This document shows, one piece after another, positions 31,710 through 42,946 of a stretch of 64,000 bases of DNA. Each line of letters begins with the position of its first letter. Position 1 is the first letter of the stretch. This DNA is from Nitrosopumilaceae archaeon. GTDB taxonomy: Archaea > Thermoproteota > Nitrososphaeria > Nitrososphaerales > Nitrosopumilaceae. The DNA lies in contig CBDATR010000024.1 of assembly GCA_965200155.1 (NCBI GenBank), positions 192,001 to 256,000 of the forward strand, read 5' to 3'. The notes under the pieces are model-generated. The model worked only from the letters and a program-made list of their open reading frames with translations. It did no database searches and had not been told where the DNA came from. Made by a program: the position numbers and the translations under genes.

Positions 31710-33366
31710 TCACTGCCCCCCGGGACGCGGATCCTGCCAAGGCGGCATACTTTGCTAGGGCACCATGCGTATAGTTGGGTTTTGGTGGACTCCATGCCTT
31801 CTTGCGGGATTCCATGTCATCTGCCAGTACATCCAGGGTATTGGTCTCGATATCTATCCTTATTGTATCGCCATCACGCACCAGCGCGATGGGTCCGCCT
31901 ACATATGCCTCCGGGGATACATGGCCAACCATAAACCCCCTGGTTCCGCCGGAGAATCGGCCATCAGTAACCATGGCAACCTTGCGGCCCAGTCCCTGGC
32001 CAACCAGCGCTGCCGTAGTAGAGAGCATCTCCCGCATTCCGGGCCCACCCCGGGGCCCCTCATACCGTATTACCACTACATCACCCTCGTTTATCTCCCC
32101 CCTCGAGACACTCTGGAAGGCTAGCTCCTCGCGATCAAATACCCTAGCCACACCTGTAAACTCGGTCATCTCTACACCCGCGGTCTTTATGACTGCACCC
32201 TCCGGCGCTAAGCTGCCGTACAGTATGACGGCGGTTCCCTCATCATGTATGGGACTATTTATGTCCCGGAGTATGCACTGCTCGGAGGGCGGGGCTTGCG
32301 CGGATTCCACATTCCCTGAAATAGTATTCCCGGATACTGTTATACAGTCACCGTGAAGTAGTCCGTGTCGCAACAGCATCCTCATTACGACAGGGATACC
32401 GCCTATCCGGTCTAGGGCATTCATTACGTAGTTGCCCCCGGGCTTCATGTCGGCGATGTGGGGGGTTCTCTTGCGTATGCGCTCAAAGTCCCCATAGTCC
32501 AGGCTTATTCCGGTCTCGCCTGCCAGCGCCAGTATGTGCAGTATACCGTTGGTAGAGCCCCCCAGAGCGTTAAGTATGGTTATGGCATTCTCAAATGCCT
32601 CAAATGTCAGTATGTCTGAGGGTCGTATACCGGTCTCCAGCAGACTCACACAGGCCGCACCACTCTTGTATACCATATCCTGGCGCCGGGGATCCTCCGC
32701 GGGAGGACTGGCGTTACCGGGCATTGCCAGCCCGATGGCCTCCGATATTGATGCCATGGTATTGGCGGTAAACATGCCACCACAGGATCCGGCGCTGGGA
32801 CAGGCAGCATTCTCTATGTCGCTGAGGCTCTCCAGGCTTATCTTTCCCGCATCATATGCACCCACGGCCTCGTATACATCCACTACCGTAAGCTCCCGGC
32901 CATCCAGTATACCGGGCATTATGGTTCCCCCATACACAAAGACTGAGGGTACATCCAGCCGGGCCATGGCCATCATTGTTCCGGGCAAACTTTTGTCACA
33001 ACCGGCCAGTCCCACTAGGGCATCATACTGGTGGGCGCGCACCATAAGCTCTATGGAATCTGCTATCACCTCCCGGGACACCAGCGATGACTTCATGCCT
33101 TCATGACCCATAGCGATTCCGTCGCTTACGGCAATAGTACCAAACTCCCGGGGTGTCGCACCCGCATCCAGGACCCCCTTCCTGGCAGACTTGGCCAAGT
33201 CAGGTAGGTGTATGTTGCACGGTGTGGCCTCATTGCCTGCATGGGATATTCCTATCATGTGTCTTGAGAGATCCTCGTCATTGAGCCCCATGGCCTTGTA
33301 CATGGCACGGTGCGGAGCCCGGGACGGGCCATCCAGCACGTTCCTGCTGGATATGCCCTCCTGCAT
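31690..33366 (-). CDS. ilvD: Dihydroxy-acid dehydratase
   Basis: [38 protein letters not shown]. Confidence 0.97.
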   Translation of the reverse strand: MQEGISSRNVLDGPSRAPHRAMYKAMGLNDEDLSRHMIGISHAGNEATPCNIHLPDLAKSARKGVLDAGATPREFGTIAVSDGIAMGHEGMKSSLVSREVIADSIELMVRAHQYDALVGLAGCDKSLPGTMMAMARLDVPSVFVYGGTIMPGILDGRELTVVDVYEAVGAYDAGKISLESLSDIENAACPSAGSCGGMFTANTMASISEAIGLAMPGNASPPAEDPRRQDMVYKSGAACVSLLETGIRPSDILTFEAFENAITILNALGGSTNGILHILALAGETGISLDYGDFERIRKRTPHIADMKPGGNYVMNALDRIGGIPVVMRMLLRHGLLHGDCITVSGNTISGNVESAQAPPSEQCILRDINSPIHDEGTAVILYGSLAPEGAVIKTAGVEMTEFTGVARVFDREELAFQSVSRGEINEGDVVVIRYEGPRGGPGMREMLSTTAALVGQGLGRKVAMVTDGRFSGGTRGFMVGHVSPEAYVGGPIALVRDGDTIRIDIETNTLDVLADDMESRKKAWSPPKPNYTHGALAKYAALAGSASRGAVTRPSGP

Positions 33367-33369
33367 GTA

Positions 33370-33969
33370 TTAGCGCACCAGTTCCTGCCGATCCAGCTCG
33401 TCCAGCAGCTCAGAGATATCGTCCGCAGACTCGTCCCCGTAAGTTATCAGTATACGATCATCTTCCATGGGTACGTAGGTTCGTATGTCGTTTACCTCCT
33501 CCCGGTTTATGAAGAATCGCAGCTCGTAATCATCATTGGTACAGAATTCGCGTCCGCTGGGAAAGACATAACATTGATCCGTAAGACCGATATCCAGCGA
33601 CTTGAAGAGTGAGTCCAGCGTTACACCTGTGGCGTGCCGGTGTATGGTAGTACCGTCAAGGTTCTCAAAATGTATCCACGGTGACTGGATTTGATATCCC
33701 TCCTCGTGGAAGGGGAAGGTATCCCCAAATATCTTTACCAGTATTCCCGTGTGGGCGTGATCACTGTTCATTGCCCCGGCTCCAAAGGGAGCTCCGCCTA
33801 TATCCTCGGGGTCTATATTGACAAAGGACCAAGCGGACCAAGCAACTATGGCCCCTATGGCACCCAATACGGCTATGGCTATCATGGTGTGTTTTCGTTT
33901 CTCTGCAGTATGCTTTGCGGCATAGCTTTCACGCTTCTGCTCCCGCTCACGCCTCTCCTTGCGCCCCAT
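33370..33969 (-). CDS. Membrane-anchored hypothetical protein
   Basis: Basic N-terminus, one TM, HAH...WIHFE..DG.TIHRHA, DRILITYG. Confidence 0.75.
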   Translation of the reverse strand: MGRKERREREQKRESYAAKHTAEKRKHTMIAIAVLGAIGAIVAWSAWSFVNIDPEDIGGAPFGAGAMNSDHAHTGILVKIFGDTFPFHEEGYQIQSPWIHFENLDGTTIHRHATGVTLDSLFKSLDIGLTDQCYVFPSGREFCTNDDYELRFFINREEVNDIRTYVPMEDDRILITYGDESADDISELLDELDRQELVR

Positions 33970-34024
33970 TCTGTAATGGTATGGTGACCATACGGGCCTA
34001 ATTAAGCTAATGGATTGATCACGC

Positions 34025-34198
34025 GTAACCGTTTAGGTCACCCCTTTGTACTTCATTTCCTTGGACTTCCTGTTCTGGATAACCGGACCTAGACGAACGT
34101 ATTTGAAAACAGGTCAGTATTCCGTTATCACAATTACTCCCACAAGATCGTACCCAGACTTGTAATTTGTTGTTCTTTTACGCAACCTAAATGGTTAC
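34025..34198. mobile_element. MITE family B ends with a different interior, 174 bp
   Basis: GTAACCGTTTAGGT ... ACCTAAATGGTTAC; flanks TGATCACGC / TGACCACGC. Confidence 0.75.
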
Positions 34199-34312
34199 TG
34201 ACCACGCCCAACCATACCTGTACTGTGGGCTGGAAAAGAATGACAGAACTCCAGTATAATCCACAGATACCCAGTGGCAATCAAATAAATAAAAACCGAC
34301 AACCCTCTGCAT

Positions 34313-34729
34313 ATGGAGTGCGTCTTTTGTGAGATCGTGAAAAAAAGACGCGACGCATATATCATATATGAGGATGAGTATCACCTGTCCTTTCTTGACC
34401 GGTACCCCGTGGTACGCGGGCACACACTGGTGATACCAAAAGAGCATCATGATACAATTAACCACATGAAGCGGGAATCTGTGGGGGAACTATTCTCGCT
34501 GGTGCCGCTTATAGCCTCGGCCGTACTGGAAGCGACGGGAACTGCCGACTATAACGTGGGCCAGAACAACGGACATGCCGCCAAACAGGTGGTGCCCCAC
34601 GTACATGTCCACATAATACCGCGCCGCCCCCATGATCATATAAACTGGTCCTCCCGCCTGCTGCCGTCACGGGAAGAGTTTCAAGAATTAGCCCATTGTT
34701 TACGAAGTATCATGTCATCCCGGTCTTGA
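34313..34729 (+). CDS. HIT family hydrolase
   Basis: CVFC, GHTLVIPK.H, HVHVHIIPR. Confidence 0.95.
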   Translation: MECVFCEIVKKRRDAYIIYEDEYHLSFLDRYPVVRGHTLVIPKEHHDTINHMKRESVGELFSLVPLIASAVLEATGTADYNVGQNNGHAAKQVVPHVHVHIIPRRPHDHINWSSRLLPSREEFQELAHCLRSIMSSRS

Positions 34730-35507
34730 GTGCACGGACAAAGGACTCCACGTTGGACTCCATGTCGTCGAACCGGGACTTTTCCATTACATTCAGGATG
34801 GCGCTGCCCACTATGACCGCGTCCGCACCCGCATCCACGTATCTGCGAGCATCCTGGGCCCCGCTTATGCCAAAACCTATGCCCACCGGTATGTTACCGG
34901 TTACGCTCTTTATCCTGTCCAGTGCCCGTACGGCATAATCCTGCACACCGGTACGGGCTCCGGTGGTACCATATACCGCAACCATGTACAGGAATCCCGT
35001 AGTGATTCTGGCGATACGAGCAACCCGTTCTGTCTGGGTATTGGGGGAGACCAGGAATATTGTATCAACACCGTGGCGGCGTGCAGATTCCACATAGGAA
35101 TGTGACTCTTCCGGGGGCATGTCCGGCAGTATGATGCCATCTACGCCATTAGTCGCGGCGCCAGAAGCGAATGCCTCATATCCCATACTGTACGCTATAT
35201 TAGAATATGTCATGGTAACAAGGGGTACATCGGTGAAGGCCCGTATACGGGATACCATATCATAATAGGAGGATATATCCATACCATTCCCCAGTGAGAC
35301 ATCGGCTGCCTCCTGTATGGCTGGCCCATCGGCCAGTGGATCCGAGAAGGGAAATCCCATCTCTATTATATCTGCGCCGCCCTTTACCAACCCCCTTACG
35401 GCAGATATGGTGGACTGGTTATCGGGATAGCCTGCCATGACATATGCTATAAGGGCCTTCTTTCCGGATACGGAGAGGGTATCGCTAATTCTTCCCATGA
35501 TTATCAT
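34710..35507 (-). CDS. trpA: Tryptophan synthase alpha chain
   Basis: [26 protein letters not shown]. Confidence 0.97.
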   Translation of the reverse strand: MIIMGRISDTLSVSGKKALIAYVMAGYPDNQSTISAVRGLVKGGADIIEMGFPFSDPLADGPAIQEAADVSLGNGMDISSYYDMVSRIRAFTDVPLVTMTYSNIAYSMGYEAFASGAATNGVDGIILPDMPPEESHSYVESARRHGVDTIFLVSPNTQTERVARIARITTGFLYMVAVYGTTGARTGVQDYAVRALDRIKSVTGNIPVGIGFGISGAQDARRYVDAGADAVIVGSAILNVMEKSRFDDMESNVESFVRALKTGMT

Positions 35508-36648
35508 ACTTCCGTACTATATCCATATCCTTGTCTCCCCTACCAGAGAGAGTCACCACTACATTCTGACTGGAATCCATGGTAGCAGCTATCTTTGTCG
35601 CCACGGCCAATGCATGAGCTGACTCCAAGGCAGGTATTATTCCCTCGGTACGGCATAACATGTGGAACGCTTGAATAGTCTCCTCATCATTGGCTGTAGT
35701 ATATTGTACCCTTCCGGTATCCTTGTAGTGCGCGTGTTCCGGACCAACTCCCGGGTAGTCAAGACCCGCAGAGATAGAGTGTGTCTGAGATATCTGACCC
35801 GCATCATCCTGCATGAGATAAGTCATCATTCCGTGCAGTATGCCCGGTCTGCCGGCACTCAGGGGTGCAGAGTGCAACCCCGTATGGATACCCCCTCCGG
35901 CCGCCTCCACACCGACTAGCCTGGATCCTGTATGTATTAGTGGACGGAATGTGCCTATGGCGTTTGATCCTCCACCCACACAGGCTACCGCGCAGTCCGG
36001 CGAGCCCAGCTGGTTCAGAATCTCCCTTCCAATTACACTCTGAAAGTCCCTTACCATTACAGGATATGGATGCGGACCCACGGCGGATCCCAGCAAGTAG
36101 TACGTGTCCTTGACGTTGGTAATCCAGTCCCGGATGGCCTCGTTAATGGCGTCCTTGAGTGTCTTTGATCCGGACTCGACCGGTATGACACGAGCGCCAA
36201 GCAGTTCCATCCGATACACATTGAGCTTCTGTCGAATGGTATCCTCACTGCCCATGTACACAACAACCTTCATGCCCAGGGCCGCACAGGCCATGGCGCA
36301 GGATACACCGTGCTGGCCAGCACCGGTCTCCGCGATTATTCTTGACTTACCCATGTGCCTTGCCAGTAATGCCTGACCCAGGGCATTGTTTATCTTGTGG
36401 GCACCACCATGACACAAATCCTCCCGTTTAAGGTATATGTGTGCCCCTCCTACCTCCCTAGAGAGGTTCCTGGCCAGGTACAGGGGCGTGGGCCTGCCAG
36501 CAAACTCTCGCAAGTATGTATCAAGCTCGCCCCGGAAGGCGCCATCATGTAATAGTCGCTTGTACTCATGAGTCAGTTCCTGTACTGCGGGCACCAGCGT
36601 CTCCGGTATATAGCTGCCACCATACATGCCAAATCTCCCATCAGTCAT
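35485..36648 (-). CDS. trpB: Tryptophan synthase beta chain
   Basis: [31 protein letters not shown]. Confidence 0.97.
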   Translation of the reverse strand: MTDGRFGMYGGSYIPETLVPAVQELTHEYKRLLHDGAFRGELDTYLREFAGRPTPLYLARNLSREVGGAHIYLKREDLCHGGAHKINNALGQALLARHMGKSRIIAETGAGQHGVSCAMACAALGMKVVVYMGSEDTIRQKLNVYRMELLGARVIPVESGSKTLKDAINEAIRDWITNVKDTYYLLGSAVGPHPYPVMVRDFQSVIGREILNQLGSPDCAVACVGGGSNAIGTFRPLIHTGSRLVGVEAAGGGIHTGLHSAPLSAGRPGILHGMMTYLMQDDAGQISQTHSISAGLDYPGVGPEHAHYKDTGRVQYTTANDEETIQAFHMLCRTEGIIPALESAHALAVATKIAATMDSSQNVVVTLSGRGDKDMDIVRKYDNHGKN

Positions 36649-37415
36649 AACGCATTCACCAGTTCATCCACACTTCCTTTAATGTTGTCCTTTGCCATAA
36701 TGCTACTGCCCACAAGAAAGGCCCGGGCCCCACACTCCCATAGGCGCCGTATGTCATGCGGCGTTGATATACCGCTCTCTGATATAATGATACGGGCATC
36801 CCCGTATCCTGTCAGTACCTCACATGTTGTATCAAGGGATATCTCCAGGGTATCAAGATTGCGGTTGTTAACACCGATTATGTCACATCCAGTGAACAGT
36901 GCCCTATCCAGCTCCGCCCTACTATGTACCTCCAGCAATACCTGTATGCCGTATTGATGTGCTGCATCTATGAACTGGTCCATATTCGTGGCATAGCCTG
37001 CATCAAAGACTGCCTGTATCAGCAGTATGCAGTCTGCCCCCATCCTGTGCGCCGCATGTACCTGTGCATGATCCACAATGATATCTTTCATAAGAACAGG
37101 GACCGGCACCTCCCGGCGCACTCTCATTAAATATTCCGGCGAGCCACCAAACATGTATGGTTGCGTAAGTACCGACAGGGCGGCAGCGCCACCGGCAACC
37201 ATGGCCCCAGCCACCGTCTCCGGCTCTATCATGTCATGTATGATACCCCGTGACGGCGAAGCAAATTTCACTTCAGATATGATGGGCACAGTCCTGCCTC
37301 GCAGGGCCCCCACAAAATCGCGGCCCCCCGGCACAGATTCCTGTATGTTGTATGTACCCTCCCCGATGGCACGGCGAGAGTTGTCCGCAAGTTGGCGAAG
37401 AATACCGCCTCTCAT
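36645..37415 (-). CDS. trpC: Indole-3-glycerol phosphate synthase
   Basis: [28 protein letters not shown]. Confidence 0.96.
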   Translation of the reverse strand: MRGGILRQLADNSRRAIGEGTYNIQESVPGGRDFVGALRGRTVPIISEVKFASPSRGIIHDMIEPETVAGAMVAGGAAALSVLTQPYMFGGSPEYLMRVRREVPVPVLMKDIIVDHAQVHAAHRMGADCILLIQAVFDAGYATNMDQFIDAAHQYGIQVLLEVHSRAELDRALFTGCDIIGVNNRNLDTLEISLDTTCEVLTGYGDARIIISESGISTPHDIRRLWECGARAFLVGSSIMAKDNIKGSVDELVNAL

Positions 37416-38449
37416 GTCAGATTCTCCAATATACTGATATCACCCATATCCCGGACAAAATTTGACAGTGTCTTTTGCGCTTTTCCGGACATTATAATCT
37501 CCATGCTCGTCTCAAAACCATCCCCCATACTGTCTGTATGTCCCGCAACCACCAGCGCTCCCGCGGCATTCATTGCGGTAGTATGGATTATGGGAGCCTT
37601 GGCGGTACCGGATACGGCCCCCACAAAGGCTGCCATTGCTTCCTGCTCATCTTTTACACAAATGTCTTGTAGAGTTGCGCGCCCTATCGACAGGTCTTCG
37701 GGTAGTATACTCTGCCGGGTATGGCAACCATCCCTGTACAGCACGATATGGTTAGACGATGTGGGAGAGAGTTCATCCAGCCCATCACCGGAGACCACGC
37801 TCATGTTGCATTTGGATCCCCTCCTCTCCAATATTCTGGGTATGCGGCTCAGCATATGAATAGGCACCCCCACCAGCTGGCGCCTCACACCGGCCGGATT
37901 GCACAGGGGGCCCAGCAAGTTGAATATGCTTCTGCGACCCAGCAGGCGACGGGCCCCGGCGGCATGTCGTACTGCAGGGTGATACCTTGGCGCAAACATA
38001 AAGCAGATATTGTGACGGCCCAGCGCCCCGGCCACGTCCTCCGGTTCTGCCATGATATCGCACCCCAGCATCTTGAATATGCCCGCGCTCCCCACACCTC
38101 CGGAGCTGGAGTGATTCCCGTGCTTTGCCACGCGAACACCTGCTGCCGCGGCCACAAAGGATGCCGCGGTGGATATATTAAAAGTACGCTTTCCGTCACC
38201 GCCGGTTCCGCACATGTCCAGTACATCATTGTAGTTGTGCATTACCGGTATCATCATCTCTGTCATGACATCCAGCATACCTTCTATCTCCTCGTCGGTC
38301 TCGCCCCTGTTGGCCAACATTTCCAGTATGTGAACCTTGGATTCGTCGGTACCGTCACCGGACATCATGTATCTCATTATGACTGCGGCCCCGCGGGAGT
38401 CCAGGCTTTCACCGCGCCCAATTGTTTGAATGACATCCTGTACGTTCAC
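37412..38449 (-). CDS. trpD: Anthranilate phosphoribosyltransferase
   Basis: DMCGTGGDG..TFNIST, KHGN, FNLLGPL.NP. Confidence 0.96.
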   Translation of the reverse strand: MNVQDVIQTIGRGESLDSRGAAVIMRYMMSGDGTDESKVHILEMLANRGETDEEIEGMLDVMTEMMIPVMHNYNDVLDMCGTGGDGKRTFNISTAASFVAAAAGVRVAKHGNHSSSGGVGSAGIFKMLGCDIMAEPEDVAGALGRHNICFMFAPRYHPAVRHAAGARRLLGRRSIFNLLGPLCNPAGVRRQLVGVPIHMLSRIPRILERRGSKCNMSVVSGDGLDELSPTSSNHIVLYRDGCHTRQSILPEDLSIGRATLQDICVKDEQEAMAAFVGAVSGTAKAPIIHTTAMNAAGALVVAGHTDSMGDGFETSMEIIMSGKAQKTLSNFVRDMGDISILENLT

Positions 38450-39033
38450 CTTCTTGCCTCCTCCAAAAAGTTTGCAATCATACCCATTCCGTACTGAGTC
38501 ATTATGGATTCCGGGTGAAACTGTACCCCGAACACCGGGTGCCTGCTGTGTCGCACGGCCATAACCTCCCCGTCATCCTGCGCTGTGGCATTTATTGTCA
38601 GACATGCGGGGATAGTGCTCTTCTCGCCAACCAAGCTGTGATACCGTGTGGCGCGCAAAGGCGTGGGCAGGTTGGCAAATATGCCGGTCCCGTCATGTTC
38701 CACAAGACTGGTCTTGCCATGCAGTATGTGGCCGGCGTTAGTCACCCGGCCACCATACGCCTCCACTATTCCCTGGTGGCCAAGGCAGACGCCCAGTATG
38801 GGAGTGGTTTGGGACATCTCCTTTATGACTGAGGAGCAGGCACCAAAGTATCTTGTATTCGACGGAGTGCCGGGGCCGGGCGATATTATGATGCCATCAT
38901 ATCCGGATCTGCGTATTATGTCAGGCGATACCGCATCATTCCGTAGTACATCACATGTGGCACCCAAGCTTCCCACGTATTGTGCTATATTATACACAAA
39001 GGAGTCATAGTTATCGATTAGAATAACTCTCAT
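38446..39033 (-). CDS. trpG: Anthranilate synthase component II
   Basis: IDNYDSF, SPGPG, GVCLGHQ, QFHPES. Confidence 0.96.
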   Translation of the reverse strand: MRVILIDNYDSFVYNIAQYVGSLGATCDVLRNDAVSPDIIRRSGYDGIIISPGPGTPSNTRYFGACSSVIKEMSQTTPILGVCLGHQGIVEAYGGRVTNAGHILHGKTSLVEHDGTGIFANLPTPLRATRYHSLVGEKSTIPACLTINATAQDDGEVMAVRHSRHPVFGVQFHPESIMTQYGMGMIANFLEEARR

Positions 39034-40376
39034 GAGCCATCATCTATTACCTGCAGCATGGCGCCAGCCTTCTCCTGTGTCTCCTCGAACTCCCTGGATG
39101 GTTGTGAGTCATGCACAATACCCGCGCCCGACTGCACAAAGCCGGTACCGCCTTCCAGGAATATGCTGCGTATGGTAATGGCAAAGTCGCAGCACCCGTT
39201 GGCCGAAAAGTATCCCACGGCACCGGCGTATGGTCCCCGGGCATGTGGTTCCAGCTCATCTATTATCTCCATGGCCCTGACCTTGGGGGCTCCGGAGACG
39301 GTTCCCGCCGGAAATATTGCCCGGAACGCGTCGAACATGTCTTGGGTATCATCCATCCTGCCCTCCACATGAGTAACCATATGCTGAACATGGCTAAATC
39401 GCTTCACTTCCATGAGCGAGAGGGGACGCACAGTTCCCGGTTTGCAGACCCGGCCTATGTCATTGCGACCCAGATCAACAAGCATGGTATGCTCTGCTAA
39501 TTCCTTGGGATCTGTCCTCAGATCCTCGGCCAGTTGTGTATCCTCATCATGGTTACCGGTTATGCGCCGGGTGCCTGCAATGGGGAATGTCTCTACCCTG
39601 TCGCCCGTTATTCGGACTAGCATCTCCGGCGATGCCCCTATTGCGGTACGTCCACTCATTCTCAAATGGAACATGTATGGTGAGGGATTGAGTTGTCGCA
39701 GGCGCGAGTATAGAATTATGGGATCTCCGGATGCGCTAAAAGAGAATCGCCTGGATAGTACCACCTGAAATATGTCTCCATCATATATGTACTCCTTGGC
39801 TTTATCCACCATACGGGAGAATGCCGCCTCATCCAGGTTGGAGTGAGGTGTCGTGGCCCGGAATGGCTCCCATTGCGCATCATCGCCATCCAGCATATGG
39901 GATCTATCCTCATCGTACCAAAAGTACACCATTCGGCCGGTATCCTTGTCATAAGCGATGCCATCATCATACAGTCCGAATTCAAAGAGCGGTTGTGGCA
40001 CGTGGTGCGACTGCGGTATCTTCTCTGTGAGTTGTACTGCATCATAGTTAACCATACCTACCGCACCACCCACGTACCGGTGCCCATCATACTCCCGATG
40101 CGGCATCATGTCCCTGAGTACGGCCATAGGGTCCTGCGTTTTTATCACATCGATGTGCTCTCCGGTCTGCAGCTCCACACGACCTGCATATCCTCGCACT
40201 ATACGGGGAGGATTAAATCCCATAACCGATGTTTGGGCCATCTCACCTAGCTCGGTGAGGGACTCGAATAGAAAGGAGTGTGGATACCTGACGCAGATAC
40301 GGCTGTAGAGATCAAATGGATCCGTGTAGTTGCGTATGAGAACTGTTCCCGGCGGATTGTCCCCAAATATGTCCAC
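39030..40376 (-). CDS. trpE: Anthranilate synthase component I
   Basis: GDIFQVVLS, NPSPY, PIAGT, EHTMLVDLGRND, FPAGTVSGAPK. Confidence 0.96.
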   Translation of the reverse strand: MDIFGDNPPGTVLIRNYTDPFDLYSRICVRYPHSFLFESLTELGEMAQTSVMGFNPPRIVRGYAGRVELQTGEHIDVIKTQDPMAVLRDMMPHREYDGHRYVGGAVGMVNYDAVQLTEKIPQSHHVPQPLFEFGLYDDGIAYDKDTGRMVYFWYDEDRSHMLDGDDAQWEPFRATTPHSNLDEAAFSRMVDKAKEYIYDGDIFQVVLSRRFSFSASGDPIILYSRLRQLNPSPYMFHLRMSGRTAIGASPEMLVRITGDRVETFPIAGTRRITGNHDEDTQLAEDLRTDPKELAEHTMLVDLGRNDIGRVCKPGTVRPLSLMEVKRFSHVQHMVTHVEGRMDDTQDMFDAFRAIFPAGTVSGAPKVRAMEIIDELEPHARGPYAGAVGYFSANGCCDFAITIRSIFLEGGTGFVQSGAGIVHDSQPSREFEETQEKAGAMLQVIDDGS

Positions 40377-40625
40377 CCATGAAACACAGGAGAGACACGG
40401 TTAATTTAAGTGGTTTCTTGGCAGGAAAATTTGTGGTATAACTCAGCCAAATTAAATAAAAATTGTATGACTGGATTCAGGCATCAATATGTGTGAATAT
40501 CTGTAATGACATTAGCCGACAACGCCATGTTCGGCGAGGTCTTACGTTTATGAACCGGAATCATAACACAAGGCCAAGGAGAGTACCCCCATGCAATCGT
40601 TCCCGGATAATGATTGTCGTCGTAA

Positions 40626-40696
40626 TATAGTGGTCACAATAAGTCTTTGACATGTAAGACGGGGATGATATATGGCAAATGTATAGCGCCCACCAT
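40626..40696. mobile_element. Two orphan ends resembling the tnpB-element TIR
   Basis: TATAGTGGTCACAATAAGTCTTTG at 40626 and TATAGCGCCCACCAT at 40682, the latter abutting IS481 copy 4. Confidence 0.5.
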
Positions 40697-41667
40697 TGTA
40701 ATGTATGAAAAGTCGGTCCGCTAGTCATTGGCATCCAGCTCCATCCATTTTGCATCATTTGCCCTAATTGTCTGGGTCGCCTTTTTATTCCTGAAGCGGC
40801 GTTTCGCCGTTATCTATCCAGTGAGAAGTGCAATCTTCTCTCATTGTAGTAGTCTAAATAATCCTGGAGACTGTCATAATGCCATATCTCATTGGACTCT
40901 TAAATAAGAGTCCCCTCGTCCTCAATCATTCCATGGAAGCGCTTCAGTTTGCCATTTGTCTGCGGGTGGTATGGTCTGGAATTGATTAGTATGATTCTTG
41001 ATCCAGCAGTTCTTCCTCGAATAGTGTTGGTTTCCAGTTCTTTTTGCCCTTTTATTGTCCTATGAAACACGCGCCGTTATACGAGATGCAGGGGCGCCGA
41101 ATCGTTTCATTGCCGATCTCAGTAGAGTGGCGTTCTCTGAGGTTGTATGCTAGAATAGTGCCGCCCCGACTATACACCTGGATGCATCATCTATGAGATT
41201 CAGTCCCTCCTGAAGCGCTCATCTTTCATGGCATGCCAGTGCCACATTGCATTGGAATATTTATGCTCATAGCGTACCCACTCTGACTTTGCAGGTGATG
41301 AGACTGCCGTACCGTTCTTTTTCATTATGCAATATACTGCGCGATATGTATCATGTCTCAGTCTCTTTGCAATACGTACTACTCCGGCTGGATCCTTGCT
41401 GTATGCTTCAGTTACCATTCGTATCTGGGTGGCGGTGATTGGTATCATAGGCCTGCCCATCTTGAGTCATTCCCGTCCTCTGGTTCACAATCTTCGTACG
41501 TGTCTTGTTTCAGGTCTTGAGCTATGTTGGTGGCGGCAACACCTCTTGTCTTGCTGAATCGCTTCGTGATTCTCTTGATTCCTCTGTTATTCTCTTTATC
41601 ATCTGGCAATGAAATAGTCAGCTACTGTACGCCGGATCCTAAGCGGACTTACTTTTCGTACTATTGA
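40697..41667 (-). mobile_element. IS481-like element copy 4, inverted
   Basis: Reverse complement of the same element; shares private indels with copy 5. Confidence 0.88.
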
Positions 41668-41707
41668 TTATAGTGCATATGAGTACACAAAACATGTGTT
41701 TTTAATA

Positions 41708-42001
41708 TTATAGCACGCGTTTATTATATTCTCCAAGTTTTTGTTTGTATATCCTGCTACGAGGTTTTTGGCGAACCCTGTAGTTACAACAGTTGCAGAA
41801 CCAGCCATTGGTATTCTTGATGACAGGGGTTCCGTCCTTTGTATGGCATCCTTGATTATCCATCCACATGTCACATATTTGACACCGTACCTGCCCGGAG
41901 CCATATCTGGTGGTTCCGTGAGGTTTTTTGACTTTGTAGCTTTTACAAACCCCTCTACAAACACCTTTCCGTACCTGCTCAATCATACCATACGTAGACA
42001 T
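41708..42001 (-). CDS. Zinc-binding hypothetical protein
   Basis: CRGVC..YK, RY..GQ.RCQIC, FCNCCNYRVR.KPR. Confidence 0.75.
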   Translation of the reverse strand: MSTYGMIEQVRKGVCRGVCKSYKVKKPHGTTRYGSGQVRCQICDMWMDNQGCHTKDGTPVIKNTNGWFCNCCNYRVRQKPRSRIYKQKLGEYNKRVL

Positions 42002-42109
42002 AGCATGTATAAAAGAACTCCAAACATTGTCCGTGATTTTGCCCTGTTTTGGCGTCTACCCCCAAGTTTTTACAGATTATATTTCATGGCTTCACACACT
42101 AAATGGTGA

Positions 42110-42330
42110 AACCTGGCAGTTTGCCATCACACTTCTCATACAAGACGACCATTGGGTGTGGAGGCCCGGCGCGGTGTTAACGTTTGCGTGAATTCCTGGT
42201 TATTTGGTGCAACTTAATCTATACCTAGTGAAACTTGTTACATGCCGTGATACCGGCCACCTACATGCCCTTGGCGGAGATTAGTGTCATCAGAATCTTG
42301 CTCTGTAATCTCACAACCATTGCGGGGTAC
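42110..42330 (-). pseudogene. Highly decayed tnpB 3' remnant
   Basis: CGCGGTGTTAACGTTTGCGTGAATTCCTGGTTA resembles the ADINAA-coding segment; boundaries approximate. Confidence 0.35.
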
Positions 42331-42529
42331 TGGTGAATTTGAGCGACATTTGTGATTGGTGGGAGATGATTCTGTCATACAAAGTACAAATTCGCGGTGG
42401 GATACTAAATCTTGCAACCAATCTGATAACTCATTTTATGGCATGAATGTGTGCCTGAGTCTGGGACAACTTGGGCGATTACCTTTGCGCATGTATTTTT
42501 ATGTGACAATGATAATGTTGATTCATAAC

Positions 42530-42946
42530 ATGAGAGTGGAGCAGGAAGTGCGAGTAAGCGGTTCGCTTCAGTCGGTTTGGGATATAGTGTCCGATATTGA
42601 TTCGGAGCCAAAGTACTGGAAAGGGACCAAGAGTATTCGCAACATTACGCGAGATGGAAACAATATACATCGCGAAATTATCATAGCATTCAGAGACCAA
42701 AAATGTGTCCAGGAGGTAACCATACACCCGCAATCCAGTATAGAGTTCAGGTTTGTTCAGGGAATTATATCTGGCACCAAGAATGTGCTGTTGAGTGAGC
42801 GGGAAGGCAGTGTTGTAATAAGGGTGATCTGGGACATTAAACTTAGTGGGGTTATGGGTATGTTTGGAGGAATTATATCCGGCCACATAAAAAAAGGAAC
42901 ACTACAGGCTCTGAAGTCTATCAAACGTGAAGTGGAGTGCTTATAG
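42530..42946 (+). CDS. SRPBCC / polyketide-cyclase-like protein
   Basis: VWDIVSD....PKYW; likely start MRVEQ at 42530. Confidence 0.85.
   Translation: MRVEQEVRVSGSLQSVWDIVSDIDSEPKYWKGTKSIRNITRDGNNIHREIIIAFRDQKCVQEVTIHPQSSIEFRFVQGIISGTKNVLLSEREGSVVIRVIWDIKLSGVMGMFGGIISGHIKKGTLQALKSIKREVECL

Noticed and set aside
31752-40308. Many plus-strand ORFs opposite ilvD and the trp genes
   Set aside because: Shadow frames of GC-richer genes with no motifs.
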